Shown here in pieces: positions 12,093 through 24,110 of a DNA stretch of 64,000 nucleotides. The stretch is from Mayamaea pseudoterrestris (lineage: Eukaryota). A program made the position numbers and the translations under genes. Position 1 is the first letter of the stretch; each line of letters opens with the position of its first letter. Location: assembly GCA_027923505.1 (NCBI GenBank), contig BROI01000012.1:558001-622000 (forward strand), in the 5' to 3' direction. The notes below the pieces were generated by a model. The model saw only the letters and a list, made by a program, of their open reading frames with translations, had not been told where the DNA came from and did not search any database.

Positions 12093-12887
12093 ATGCATTT
12101 CCCTATTATCTTGCTGATCTTTACTCGCGAGGCATGGTCGTGGAATTCTCGAAACGCAGGAAACGGGGCGACTCGACGGCAGTTTGTCGGATCCGCTCAA
12201 GCCATTGGCATCATTGGCTCATCCTTTGCGTTGCTAAATGATCCATTACCTACTTCAGCCGCATCAACAACGGATCCAGGTGAAGTTATTCGTCAATCAG
12301 CTTCCAGCCTACCTGGATACGGTCCACCCGATGTCTACTATCCTCAAGCCTTTCACGGGTCTTGGAAGATGCGTCGAGAAGTTGTCGTCGGTGACAAGAC
12401 GGCGCTTGACCTCACATATTCGGTTCGCTTTCTACCATCCATACAAGATGGTTTTGTCGTTGCTGATCGCGGCTTTAATCAAGCAAATCTGGAGGATGCC
12501 ATCGCCATCGACTCTGTCCAAACATGTGACTGGAGAGAGAGCAACCCAAATGACTTGCGTCTCACCTTTAAGGATGGCCGCATTAAGGACGTGAAAGTTA
12601 CCAAGCGTTCCTTTGAACGAACCGATACTACCGTCTCCAGCTCTGAGTTTCAACGCGTCGTTACGCAAGATGTAATCAGTGGAGTTCCTCAGATTACTGC
12701 TCGACGAGTCCTTGCCAAGTGGAAGGCAAGTAACGGAAACGGATCAGAGGCTTGGCAAGGCATTGAGATAGTTTATGATATAGGTGGAGGAGGTGATCCA
12801 ATGTCACTGACAACATTGAGCAGCTCGCCGCAACCTGATTCGCAAGTTCTGCTCTCTAAATCGCGTTTGACCTTGACTCGAGAATAG
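12093..12887 (+). CDS. Plastid/thylakoid-lumen-targeted conserved protein (DUF6816-like)
   Basis: Signal peptide ending AWS-W, twin-arginine TRRQF followed by a hydrophobic stretch, and a PDVYYPQAFHGSW motif. Confidence 0.7.
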   Translation: MHFPIILLIFTREAWSWNSRNAGNGATRRQFVGSAQAIGIIGSSFALLNDPLPTSAASTTDPGEVIRQSASSLPGYGPPDVYYPQAFHGSWKMRREVVVGDKTALDLTYSVRFLPSIQDGFVVADRGFNQANLEDAIAIDSVQTCDWRESNPNDLRLTFKDGRIKDVKVTKRSFERTDTTVSSSEFQRVVTQDVISGVPQITARRVLAKWKASNGNGSEAWQGIEIVYDIGGGGDPMSLTTLSSSPQPDSQVLLSKSRLTLTRE

Positions 12888-14562
12888 TTTATCCTTGGCG
12901 ATTCCAAGCAATGCCATCATCGATCCGAACGCTTTGACCACCATTATGTCAACTTTTATCTCGGCATTCGCATCATTCAAATTGGTGAATTGTTTTTGAA
13001 CTAAATGGATTAGCTTGGACAGACTTGCATGTCGCCTTTGGAGCCATGGGAGTGCCAAGAAATCGTCCGTACCACGAACGGCGATAGATCAACTGAAACT
13101 GCTAGATACAATGAAACATAACGATTCACTAAAAATCCTTTATTGTTCATTTCTGCTCAACACACCGTCTAAATCACGATGTATTCATAAAACTCTCGCT
13201 GCGCTCAGTGGGACAAGAAACTCCTGCAGCGTTTAGGCCAGTGACGAGGGCGCGTATCACGGCCAAGGTTCTCTCACGCGTCGTAATCCAAAACCCGATT
13301 ATCGAAGCGCAAAAGGGGCCTAACGGCGCTGATGGAAGGGCATTCCTGGGCATCCGTTGTCATCGATGTTCAAGCGACCTTCACAGGTAAGTTCTGTCCG
13401 CAAATGGGCACCGTAATATTCAACGACTAGTAGATCCTTGAGACGTTTCTTGTGAATTTTCGGCAGTTTCTTCCAGCCCTATCGTGGAACATTTGGCCGC
13501 AGTTTCTGCCATGGACACGTCGGACGCACCACACTTACACCAGGTGGCGGCTTGCCATCGCAAGTCACACTAACATTCAGTATACATCATGTGTATGCTT
13601 GCATCTAAAACCTCATCGCCGCACGCCGTTTCCGGCCGGACATTTTGCGGTTCGAGCAAGACTGAAGGACTTGAGCCGACAATCGACAGACAGGACTACC
13701 CATTGGCGACGAAGCCATTCCTGATGACATGCATAGGACGAGTTGCTGTCCAATCTTATCGTGCCAGTGTACTATAAGGTGCATCGCTGCATTTTTCGCC
13801 AATCACTGACTCTTCATCCGGAACGTAGGCATTGTCAATCCATCGCTCGAGACGAGCAACCTTTGCGACCTTGTTAATCCTTGTCAGGTTTAATGGCATA
13901 TTCATGCCTCCGTTGACAGTGAGAAATTGCATGAGCAATCCTTTTAAGGCTGCCGTCAATGTGCTTCGGCAGAGCTTTTCGCCCTCCCACTCACTTGAAC
14001 TCCGAGTATCAAAAACTTTCCTCTCGCTTGTTTTCGTCTCAGCGACAAATGGAATAGAGTTTTTGCAACCCTTCGGTCTTTTGGTTGCTCGGCCTATTGA
14101 TGCAGATGTTATTGGGTTCAACGACGGTGTTTCAGAACACCGTCAATTCAAATTTTTCAACGACAGATTCGCAGTGCAATTGACCTTGCAATTCCTTGTT
14201 TGAACAGCGAACAGCTGCTCGTTTAGATCTCTTAGCCATGACGCATCTAAATTTACTTTTGATGCAGTTCGACTCGTTTACCGGCTGCTTATTATCTTGC
14301 CTTAGCATTCGTATTAATAGTCGCAATCGCCACGTAAAACCACCAGAGAGGTCCGTCGCTTTTGTCATCGTCGTCAATCGCCGGAAGAGAAAAGGAACGA
14401 ACAAATCAGGTGTTTCGGACATAACAGTGAGTCACACTTTTCACCCCTCCACGTCACCAGTTTTCAAAGCTCTGACGCACAGCTGATCATGACCATGAAC
14501 CATGAACCCTTCATTCATGTCAAACGACGCCACCATTCTCCTTACACCCAACCAAACTCGCC

Positions 14563-15291
14563 ATGACTGTCATTGTCGTATCAGACCCCAAGGACGTACC
14601 GACGGCTCCCGTCAATGGCAAGCCAACCTTTGTTTACTGGAACATTGTCGGCTTGGCAAATCCATGTCGCTTCGTCTTGGCATTGGCTGGAGTCGATTGT
14701 ATTGATGTACGTATTGATCCAGGCGACAAGAATGACGAAAGTAGTTACAAGCAAACATGGCTAGTAGCAAAACAAGGAAGCCTGAGCAAGGTCATGGCCA
14801 TGCCGAACTTGCCTTACTACATGGAAGACGGCGTCGAGCCTTATTCACAATCGGATACCATTTTGAGATACTTGGGACGCAAGTACAATCTCATGGGCGC
14901 CCCAGGCAAGGAGCATATCACAGACATGTGCATTGACGAGCTCAAAGACTACGAAAGTCAGTACGCGGGACTCGTATATGGTCACGGACCGGGAGCTTTG
15001 AAAGTTTGGTTGGACGAAACCATTCCCTCGGTGCTCGAGAAATGGTCGCGCTTGCTCGGAAACAACATGTTCTTGACTGGAGATGAAGTATCAGTGGCAG
15101 ACATCAAATTGTATTGGTTTCTTCGCCGGCTTGATATTCTGCGTGAAAAGTCGTTTGCGACCGTAGACACTACCAAGGCCTGGGCGGCATACATGACGAA
15201 AGTCGAGAGTCTTCCAAAACTCAAAGAATATCTGGCAAGCTCCGATTTTATGCCGGAGCCGTTGAACAACCCGCATGCTAAAGTCAATTAG
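14563..15291 (+). CDS. Glutathione S-transferase, mu-like
   Basis: Motifs YWNIVGLANPCR, MPNLPYY, SQSDTILRYLGRK and FLTGDEVSVAD. Confidence 0.92.
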   Translation: MTVIVVSDPKDVPTAPVNGKPTFVYWNIVGLANPCRFVLALAGVDCIDVRIDPGDKNDESSYKQTWLVAKQGSLSKVMAMPNLPYYMEDGVEPYSQSDTILRYLGRKYNLMGAPGKEHITDMCIDELKDYESQYAGLVYGHGPGALKVWLDETIPSVLEKWSRLLGNNMFLTGDEVSVADIKLYWFLRRLDILREKSFATVDTTKAWAAYMTKVESLPKLKEYLASSDFMPEPLNNPHAKVN

Positions 15292-15694
15292 CAGAGTATG
15301 GCATTGCAGTATACCACAGTTGCTTGATTAGTGTCATGTCGTTTCAACGCTCACCGGTGGAGGAGAGTAGCTGCCGAGAGCCCTATGATGACCATATTTT
15401 ATGGGCAAGCTTTGTGCTATTTAGCTCGCATGTGGTTGCGGTAGGTAAAAGACCTTTCTATACCGACCACTACAATATACTTACAGTACAGAAGTATCTG
15501 CTTTCGACGTTAGTACCACAGTATACAATAATCGTTTGGCCATCGATGTGCAGTTTGTTCCACGCCCTCGCAAAGGTTGAAGAGGAGTAAGAACCGTTTA
15601 CTATTGCCCATGACCCTAACTGGCGTGCGGCAAGAAGATTAGTCATTTATGGCAGCCTATGCCATTTGATATTTTCATGAATCTAAGCCCCTCA

Positions 15695-16677
15695 GGCGCG
15701 AAACTAGCGGCGGATGTTTCGTTGTTTCATTGCACCGTGCAATGAAACAACGGTGCAATAACCAATCAGCGGGCTTTCAATGTTTCGTTGCACGGTGAAA
15801 CCACGTCATCAATCCCCAACTTTAAGAGTCTCCAGTAGCGGTTCGTCGCGCTTGCAACTCACGACGAAAACCACCATGGTTGATCCCACAGAAACTAGTG
15901 CATAACTTGCCTGTTTATCCATCAAATTCCATTCTCTTTCGAACATGGCTTCTTTATGATAAATAGGACTGTATGGAGAGGGAGCGGCGCAATGAAAGTG
16001 ATCCATTATTGCAGCAGCCTTCCTACAAAATGGTGCTCTTCGGCAGTCCTTTTCCACGCCGTCCATTGCTTGCCTCTGCCAGTACCAGTAGTTTAATAAT
16101 ATTAAAGAACGAAGCTACTAGTATATTGAAAGCTATTAAATAATGTAAAGTCTTGTGCTTGTGGTACCATGGGTGCCGGAGGACTGTTCAATTGCAGGTC
16201 TCACTCGTTCCAACAGCCAACAGCCAACAGACGGTTGACATGATCGCGACGCGGAAGGAATTCATGCCCATTGACCCCCCAAAATTAACCAGAATGTTCT
16301 TGGAGCAAGTAATGTTCTTTCCGCTGCCTTGAAAGTGTCAAGGTAGACTGTTGGATCGGCACGAACGTCGGTAGATTTCCATGCACCGTCATGGCAAAAT
16401 TTCAATGGCTCTAGAGTCACAACGAACCGCGGGATCATGCTAAATTTTGTTATGTGAGTCCTCTATATACTAACGATGATGCATGCAAAGTTTGGCTGCG
16501 GGACCAAGCTCCAAAGTGAAGATAGAGGCTCCAAACATCACCAAACATCACGGTGCAACGAGGGTACGATGTTTCATTGCTCCGGATGCACGGTGCAACG
16601 TGAGTTCCGGTTGATTTGATGCACCGTGCATCACCGTGCAACGAAACATCGAAAAAAATCGCCGCTAATTTCGCCCC
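15695..16677. mobile_element. Non-autonomous DNA transposon (MITE-like, probable PIF/Harbinger superfamily), 983 bp
   Basis: 18-bp TIRs GGCGCGAAACTAGCGGCG (15695-15712) and the reverse complement of 16660-16677, GGGGCGAAATTAGCGGCG, match at 16/18. TCA lies immediately outside both ends (15692-15694, 16678-16680). Subterminal (TG)CACGGTG(CA)-type repeats occur at both ends. No long internal ORF. Confidence 0.8.
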
Positions 16678-16937
16678 TCAGCCACAAACGTGCTTGTAAT
16701 TAACGGAAGGGTCGTGCGAACAAAACAATAGGCCCAACATAATTCGGCGCACGCATTGTGCCTGCGTTTTGCAAATGAGGCTGCAAAAATGAAGCATTTG
16801 CGCTTTGTTTCTTCACTGGAAACCTAATCGCGCGAGGACCGCAACACCAATTTACAGCATCAGCAGCTCACCAAAGCATTTCAATTTGCTTTGGCGTGGC
16901 AGCAGCGTTTTAGGCATCCAGGACAGGCGCATTCATA

Positions 16938-17993
16938 ATGAAATCCAACGCACGATGGCTTTTTCAGTTGCTTCTAGCAAGTACAGTTGCACAGCATCAA
17001 GCTATGGCCTCAGCAGCAATAATGGGAAAGCACGGGCACATTCGAAAAGACGGGGTCGCCGAGTTGCTCGCTAAAAAGGAGCAACAGAGGATCGAATTTG
17101 CCTGTCCATCGTTCATTCCCGAGGCCGCAAACGCCGACGAAAACCAAAAGGCATGGTACGACGATGTATCTGCCGACGTAGCCGAGAATGTAACCGAGTT
17201 CATACACAGCTTTCGCGAGAAGGAAGAGTATGACAATTGGGGCCATTCCTACGATCACGTCAAGCAGGAGTACACATCGTTCAAGTCAAAATACTTTGCC
17301 CCGAATTTGTCCAACAACATGTTCATTTACGAGTCGGCCAGTGGCATTGGACTCAACCTCTTGATGACGTTGGAAATACTCGAGCAACATCAGATAGAGG
17401 GTCTCGTCGTTTACGGTAACGAATATGTACATGATTCGGTTGATGTGTCGAGACAATTATTGGGAACTCAAGAGCTGCCAGCCAAAGCCAAGCTGGGCCT
17501 GATCTGCCAATCCGATTCGTCAAATTTACGGCACGTTCCGAGCGACTCTTTCGATTTAGTCTACACTGGCTACATCACGCCAATGATGAACCCACTCGAG
17601 TTGAATGTAGATCGGCACGACATTTACACAGCCTACGCTGACATTTGTCAACCACTTGAGGGCGATAGTGTAGAGCGAACGACTGAGAAAAAAGAGATGA
17701 GAGAACGCTCGCAAGTGATTCAAGATGCCTGGTATCGTACTTGGGTATCGGAAATGATTCGAATCGCCAGACCTGGTGCGCCGGTGATCGTTGAGCAGGT
17801 GTCTTTCCCCAAATGCCAGAACTTTCAAGACTGGGGAGGAGTGGATCTGACCTTTTGGAAACGGAGCATTGAAGAGTACGGATGGGACATCGATCCGAGC
17901 TCCGTTGTTTTTGAAAAAGAGAGCGTCTTTGGAAGTCGATATCACGTGTTCATGCGGAAAAATGAGGTCACTGCCGACGTTGCAAACGCGTAG
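16938..17993 (+). CDS. Secreted or anchored class I SAM-dependent methyltransferase-like protein
   Basis: Signal peptide, IYESASGIGLNL (motif I), VPSDSFDLVYTGY and EMIRIARPGAPVIVE. Confidence 0.8.
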   Translation: MKSNARWLFQLLLASTVAQHQAMASAAIMGKHGHIRKDGVAELLAKKEQQRIEFACPSFIPEAANADENQKAWYDDVSADVAENVTEFIHSFREKEEYDNWGHSYDHVKQEYTSFKSKYFAPNLSNNMFIYESASGIGLNLLMTLEILEQHQIEGLVVYGNEYVHDSVDVSRQLLGTQELPAKAKLGLICQSDSSNLRHVPSDSFDLVYTGYITPMMNPLELNVDRHDIYTAYADICQPLEGDSVERTTEKKEMRERSQVIQDAWYRTWVSEMIRIARPGAPVIVEQVSFPKCQNFQDWGGVDLTFWKRSIEEYGWDIDPSSVVFEKESVFGSRYHVFMRKNEVTADVANA

Positions 17994-18129
17994 AATCGGG
18001 TAAGGAGCGGTCAGTCTGTTTAATAAATGTGTTACAAATAAGTCAAGTGATTGATTACGCGGATTCGCAAGGTGTGAAGCGTTAAATAAAGAAACATCAA
18101 CGCACATGCTAGGGTAAATAGCCGTGCTT

Positions 18130-21100
18130 TTATCGCCTCGTGTTAAACATGGCGTTAATGCTGTTCAAGTCCATTGATCCGAACGTGCTTGATCGTCGCC
18201 TTTGTTCATTAGGACCTTCATTTCCGTCAACGCTTAACGATTTCTTTGATTCCGCATTCAGTAGTGTCAAGTCGACTGGCATGGGAGGGGACCGATATCT
18301 CAAGTCCATTTTCTTTGACAGCTCCAGCGCAAAACTGCTGAGATCAGCCTTCGACTGCGAGATGCTTGGAGCTTCCTGCCAAGATGCTCGCATTAGAGCA
18401 TAAACAGCGTACTCGACGTAGCCTAGATGAGCTTCAACCGCCGTTGCACGGAACGCAATGAAGGAGCAATACTCTCTTGGACGAGACAAAATAAACTTTT
18501 CAATCGATTTCTTAAAGATCAACAGCTTCTCATACGGAGCATCAACCGGGAAACGGATAGTGCACGATATTTGAGCCTTAAACGACCGGGCCATGTTGAT
18601 TGTCCTGGAACTGGCAAGAGACCCATTACTATATGTTGCCTCTTCATTCGTTGATGCGTAGATGACAGTCGTTGAGTATAGATTGACATCCTTAACGATC
18701 CATCCTGGACTCCCCGTTACGCTTGTATCTTTCAATGGATCACTAATGTTGATCCGATCACTAAAAGATGCGCAATGTCGTGAGTGTGGCACACCAACGG
18801 CAACGTTTGTTACATGGGCCTACTTCGTACGCACCCAATATCGTATGGCCGTCGAAGAAGTATAAATAATATCCCTTCCAGGTACTTTGAGCTCGCCGAA
18901 CCAATCTTTGGGGAAGTTGAGGGCGATCAGTTGCGAGTTACGTGCAAATTTCCTTCAACCAATGTCACCCATGACACTTACCATGAAGCCAAGCCCAACA
19001 ATAAACGCTCCAATTGGCGATAAAACCGAGTCCGGGGCAACTCCAACTCCAGCCAAAATGCATAGGAAAACGAGGAAGTAGAACACAATGTTTATGATCT
19101 GTACACGATGTAGCACCGAGTCAGCTTCAGCATCAGGTGCGCTTGCACTCTTGCAGAATGCAGTGATCAGGTCCACTTACGTTTTCAAAAGCACGATCCA
19201 TCTTGCTTGAGTTTGCAACAGAAGCACGAAGCAGCCGTAGCTCCTTGTAAACAGTGTCAATACTTTTGGCAAATTCGAGCTGCGTAAGCGAAAATGAGAG
19301 CGATATGAACGTCGAAGATGAACTCACTTCTTTTACTGCTAACAAACTTACGAGATTGAGGTTTCCTTCCCGATCAGGACGAAACACTCGTATTAGTTCC
19401 TTCAACTTTTCTTCATCAACTTCACCATTGTCGTCAATAGCTAGAAGGGCAATCAAATCAAACTTCAAATGACTTGCAACGCCGACGAGCCGAGAATATA
19501 CCGCCTCGCTCGAGTGTATGCATTCCGCTCTCGTCGAGGCCGGGCCAAAAGCAGTGCTAAATGGGCGACTTGTGTTCAAGTAGCTCAATGATTGTCGAAA
19601 TTGAATTATGGCGACTATCGGAATGCGTTCCTCGTGAGCTTTCGTCACTTCTGGCTCTTCCCATGCACCCATCAGTTGATCTATTTTACTTTTTTGAAGT
19701 CGCGTCAACGACAGACCCCTCGCGACTGGAGGACAGGGGCTATTGATGCTACGCAAGCTGTCTCTCATACCGTCAGATCCAGTCGAGCCAGCGTCCTTCA
19801 CCAGCGTCTAATACTCTTCATGTAGGTCAATGCCCAAGTCATGCTTTAAGTCGCCGATGTCAAATCCCAGGTCTTCTTTGTCGCGAGCCAAACCAGATAC
19901 TTGGCCTATGAGCAGGGACTTGCGCATAAGTCTCGCTAGATCTCCTCCGTAGCGAATGTAGGTCTGCTTGCCGAGAAACAGTGACAAATAGAAGCGCTTA
20001 GCCATAACTATGGAGGACACCGTGATCATTATGACAAGAACAGTCAAATATTCGTTCGCCGAGGTTACTCCCCCAGCCGAATTCGATGAATTCATCATAT
20101 CAATAGAATTTTGCCACCATAGCCAATGCTCCGTCCAAGGGTGCCCACCATACATGAATGCAAAGTCATAAACCGTCCACTTGAAGCAAAAACATCATTA
20201 CACGGTAAGTTCTGACATTAAAGTTCCTCACAATTTGTAACTGACCGGAGCAGTCAACTTACCGTAAAGGTAACAAATGGCCAGCCACGAGACTGAATAA
20301 CAAACAATGTCACAAAAGAGCCGAAAATACGCACTGACATGGAGAAACGAGGACAATAGTAAGTCAACAAGACGAGCCAACGCAGAGACAGAGAGCCACA
20401 CATTAGCATTACAAACCAAAGAACTTGGACCGTAGAATGGTGTATTCTATGATTAAGGCTTGCGTCGCCAATGCCAAAGCTAGTGTCAATACTTGTCGGA
20501 CGAAAATAAAAAGGATCCACCAGGACCACGACGCTTTGCGCAGGACTGCCGTAATCTTTTGACTCAAATGCGCCGGTTCATTTGCCGCTACTATTGAGTC
20601 AGCCGCTTCGCCAATGGCAGTTGATGATTCTGTATCCAGGTTTGATCCACCGTAGCCCACGCGAGGATTGTCAGCAGCGTAGAAAAGTATCGAGGCAATG
20701 GCCGTCGCTGGAAGTATAATGCAAAGCAAAATCTTGATGTACGAAAGGAACGATAGTTTCTTGACCTGAAACCAATCTTCAAAATCATTATAATAGTGTC
20801 TGATTCGCACCATGGTGGTCTTTTCTCGGGCTGCTCTACGAAACTGACTAGCTGCGTCTCTCGATTTCTTCCTCTGCGAAAGCGAGCGAGAAGGTCGAAA
20901 ATCGGTGGGGCGTTTACTTGTTGTATTCCTTGGTGTCTTCTCCTCGTCATCATCGACATCGCTTACGTTCCCTTTTACCTCAAAAGCCTCGTCATCAGAA
21001 TTCTCTGCATTTTCATCAAACTTTGTTGATTCCGAAAAGGTCAAGTGCGGCCGAGGCGGCGAAAACGTAACGGCCATTGCCTTGTGCTTCAAATGGTTCC

Positions 21101-21881
21101 ACCGATCGGCGGCAGTCTTGTCCAGATGAGCTTCTTCATTGTCGTTAGTGCTAACCACTCTTCGTTTACTTGTCATTCGCTGAATGAGGTTGGCTGGGAG
21201 CGGTTTCGCAGCGTGAAGTAGACCTACACCTTGCGACTCGTCTTCGTTTCGGAGATTTCCATGTTGCTGATTCAGTTCTGTGAGATCCATACCAAGCTGA
21301 AACAAATCCTCGGCAGTACTCGTCACTTTTCTGTGCCCCTTAGCTCTTGGTGTTCCTGCCCGACCCATGGTGGTCTTGTACTCGCGGCCAAAGATGTCAG
21401 GTTCAATGTCGATTGGAAGGTTGGAACCAAGAATCGTCTTTTGCGCCTCGCTGCCACTTGCATAGGGCATAGTTGGGTCTCTCTCCTCTAACGATCGCTG
21501 AATGTACGCTTCAGCCTCCGATTCTAACGGATTTGTTGACATGAGAGTTTTCAAATCCAATCTTCTGTTGGACAAGTCTTGATGGGTGCCAGCGTCCGAA
21601 AATAGATCAATCGGCCCGGAAGGATCATCATGGCATGGCAGAGATTGTTGCTCCCACGACTTTTCCCGATCAGTCGTTTGCACAGCCGTTGGCCGTTGCA
21701 GTAGCAAGCCATTGTTGTCGCGAGGCGCATCCAAAACTGGTTGAAGCAAGTCATGTGGAGGCGAGTGACGCAGCGTCGTCGACTGTTGTTGACGGTCGAT
21801 GGATTCAAGACTAACGGGGCTGACAAATTCCTCCACCTCGCCTGAGACAACCGTCTCAAGACGACCGGGACTCGTTGGCAT
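18130..21881 (-). CDS. MscS-like mechanosensitive ion channel (eukaryotic MSL type), multi-exon
   Basis: Long disordered N-terminus, TM exons, an EF-hand-like FRPDREGNL segment, and MscS core motifs (LVRRPYDIG, WIVKDVNLYSTT, NGSLASSRTINMARS). Not all exon boundaries were resolved. Confidence 0.88.
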
Positions 21882-21953
21882 GGCAAGTTATTGTCTTTTT
21901 TCAAACAAGACTTTGCTCATTAATGATCTTTGCTTGCATGGTTGATGGCGAAA

Positions 21954-22018
21954 GCGCAACAGGTCGTCGGAAAATGTTCCGCCGCGCCAGCCCGCGCCAT
22001 TCAGTACCGAAACGACAC
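21954..22018. repeat. Copy 1 of a ~65-bp GC-rich dispersed intergenic element
   Basis: The 37-bp core GTTCCGCCGCGCCAGCCCGCGCCATTCAGTACCGAAA (21976-22012) is identical to 23926-23962. Confidence 0.9.
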
Positions 22019-22124
22019 ATCTTCCGAGGACGAAAATCTCGTGCGACGAGCCTCTTCGCCACCACCATCATCGAGTCTTCCACTGTCAATCCGAGCAAGC
22101 AAGCAAGCTTGCAAGCTACTCAAC

Positions 22125-23534
22125 ATGAATTCAAAAATAATGGCAACAGCTTGCCATAGGCCAACGAGATGGATTCAGCCATCGTTGACAGTGAATGCAA
22201 GTCGAGTGTTTTCGACTATGCGAGCCACGCCAAGCAACAAGGATGCTGCCTCCTCTGACCAATCGAGGCCCAACTCATCCACCTTGGACCTGATTCTACA
22301 GCTCCCGACTCAATTTCTTCGGGAGAGCGATGTGGCAAGGTTTGACCCAGTGACACGACAAAGGAACGACGTTCTATTTGACTACGACAATGGTAAACCT
22401 CTACTTGCAAAGAGGGAAGATACCTATCGGTATCGAATTCAAAGCTGCGACCTGCACAACGGAATGATTCACATTGAATGGGAGGACGGTCAAACGTCAA
22501 TTTACACCGAAGCTTGGTTTAAGGAGCAACTTGACTTATTAAAGGGAACCAACAACTCATCATCGTTGGATCGAGTCCTTTGGACGGGGTGGACGGAAGA
22601 AATGGTGCGATCGTCATCCACAGGGGCGCTTCATTTTCAAGATTTGTTGAAGCCGGAAGGAATGTCATTTGCTTTGCGAGCACTTTACACCTGCGGTATA
22701 CTTCTTATCACCAACACCCCCATTGACACAAGAGGGTCAGCAGCCATATCCGCCATAGCGTCTTGTCTCGGTGGAGGACGTGTCAAGAATTGTACTACCA
22801 TGCGGCACAGCTACTTGTCGGGTTCTGACGAAATTATGCTCCCTCGCGGCACCGACGGACCACTGCGAACTTTATATGGAACTGTTTGGTCCACGACATC
22901 TGCTGGACAGGAGGATGGAGCGAGTGTCGCCGATTCAGCCTACGGAAATGGAAGTTTGCCTTTGCACACAGACATGACGTACATGCGGGATCCACCTGGC
23001 TTGCAAATCTTTACCATGGTGCAACCGTCTTTGCGCGGTGGAGCTAGCATTTTTGGAGATGGCTTTGCCGTAGCGGAACGTCTACGAACTGCACATCCTG
23101 AAGCTTTCCTGACACTGGCCACTACAGTGCGGAGATATCGGAGCATTGACGAAGCGACGGGCTGGCACTTGGAGGCAAGCGGGCCAGTGATTACCGTTGA
23201 CAGTCATAGTCAACTTGTTAGCATCCGCCACAATGACCTAGACCGGCTACCGGATTTGCCTCCAGTGTTCACGTCCTTGTCAAATTGCGACAAGTTTTAT
23301 GAAAAACTGAAAGCGGCACACCATCTTTGGGATGAAGTTTTGAGCCAAGATGACGTTAGACTGGAAATGAGTCTACAAAAGGGTGACACAGTTGTTGTCG
23401 CCAACCAGAGGTGCCTACATGGCCGAAAAAGCTTTGAAAGTGACCAAAGCCACCCTCGCATGGTCACGGGATGCTACGTGAGTCAGGACGAGCTGAACTC
23501 TCGCTTCCGAGTAGAAGGATTTAGTGCCTATTAA
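22125..23534 (+). CDS. TauD/TfdA-family Fe(II)/2OG dioxygenase, trimethyllysine hydroxylase / gamma-butyrobetaine dioxygenase-like; probable mitochondrial presequence
   Basis: IEWEDGQTSIY (GBBH N-domain), AYGNGSLPLHTDMTYMRDPPGLQ (HxD) and NQRCLHGRKSF. The first ATG in the ORF is at 22125. Confidence 0.88.
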   Translation: MNSKIMATACHRPTRWIQPSLTVNASRVFSTMRATPSNKDAASSDQSRPNSSTLDLILQLPTQFLRESDVARFDPVTRQRNDVLFDYDNGKPLLAKREDTYRYRIQSCDLHNGMIHIEWEDGQTSIYTEAWFKEQLDLLKGTNNSSSLDRVLWTGWTEEMVRSSSTGALHFQDLLKPEGMSFALRALYTCGILLITNTPIDTRGSAAISAIASCLGGGRVKNCTTMRHSYLSGSDEIMLPRGTDGPLRTLYGTVWSTTSAGQEDGASVADSAYGNGSLPLHTDMTYMRDPPGLQIFTMVQPSLRGGASIFGDGFAVAERLRTAHPEAFLTLATTVRRYRSIDEATGWHLEASGPVITVDSHSQLVSIRHNDLDRLPDLPPVFTSLSNCDKFYEKLKAAHHLWDEVLSQDDVRLEMSLQKGDTVVVANQRCLHGRKSFESDQSHPRMVTGCYVSQDELNSRFRVEGFSAY

Positions 23535-23578
23535 TGAAAAAGCTGTTTATAATGTTGCTATACCAGTATGTGCTCAAG

Positions 23579-23885
23579 TCAAAATGGCCGGGACTGCTTT
23601 TCATCCTTCATTCTTTAAAATATGACAAGATACTCCTCAAACCGCTCACAAAGTCCCTGGGCTGTTCTCTTGTGATTCTTTGTCGGGAATCTATATAAGT
23701 TTGATAGCTCCGTCGCAACAGCGCCTTGCTGACCTTGCTTCTTTTTTTTGATTGCGGTCTTTGCCCTTGCGCCGTCGCTCCAATCCCCCAAAACCAGCTT
23801 TGACATTTGACATCCCGCTCAAGCTCCTGCTTGCTTCCCACCTGTGCCGAGTACGAGACACTGACAAACCATCCTCATCGACAGT
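23579..23885 (-). pseudogene. Degenerate fragment of the RRP7 C-terminal domain
   Basis: Across frameshifts and a stop: VDEDGLSVSR ... KKKKQG ... ELSNLYRFPTK..KRTAQGLCERFEEYL ... RMKDEKQSRPF*. This matches the RRP7 pattern DEDG...KKK..NFYRFQ..E.K...L...FEED....K..RPF. The N-terminal RRM part is absent. Confidence 0.65.
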
Positions 23886-23905
23886 GCCAGTCGCCGATTC
23901 TCAGA

Positions 23906-23969
23906 GCGCAAGTCGTCGGAAAAACGTTCCGCCGCGCCAGCCCGCGCCATTCAGTACCGAAAAGACACA
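23906..23969. repeat. Copy 2 of the ~65-bp dispersed intergenic element
   Basis: Direct-orientation copy of 21954-22018, 1950 bp downstream. Confidence 0.9.
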
Positions 23970-24110
23970 GCGTGACAGGTGGAAGAATGATGAAGCCAAC
24001 GACTGACTCCGTCACCATGACAAGTTGGATTCACTTCTTCCTTGCTTGAACAACTAGTAACTTTAATTTTACGATTGATTGTTAGAATGGTTTCTTCTCT
24101 TCGACGGATC

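Noticed and set aside
12900..14430. Chain of short minus-strand ORFs, possibly a decayed gene
   Set aside because: No recognisable motif, so it cannot be distinguished from intergenic DNA without a search.
14425..14460. TGAGTCA and ACGTCA (bZIP/aureochrome-type) motifs upstream of the GST
   Set aside because: 6-7-mers are expected by chance many times in 64 kb.
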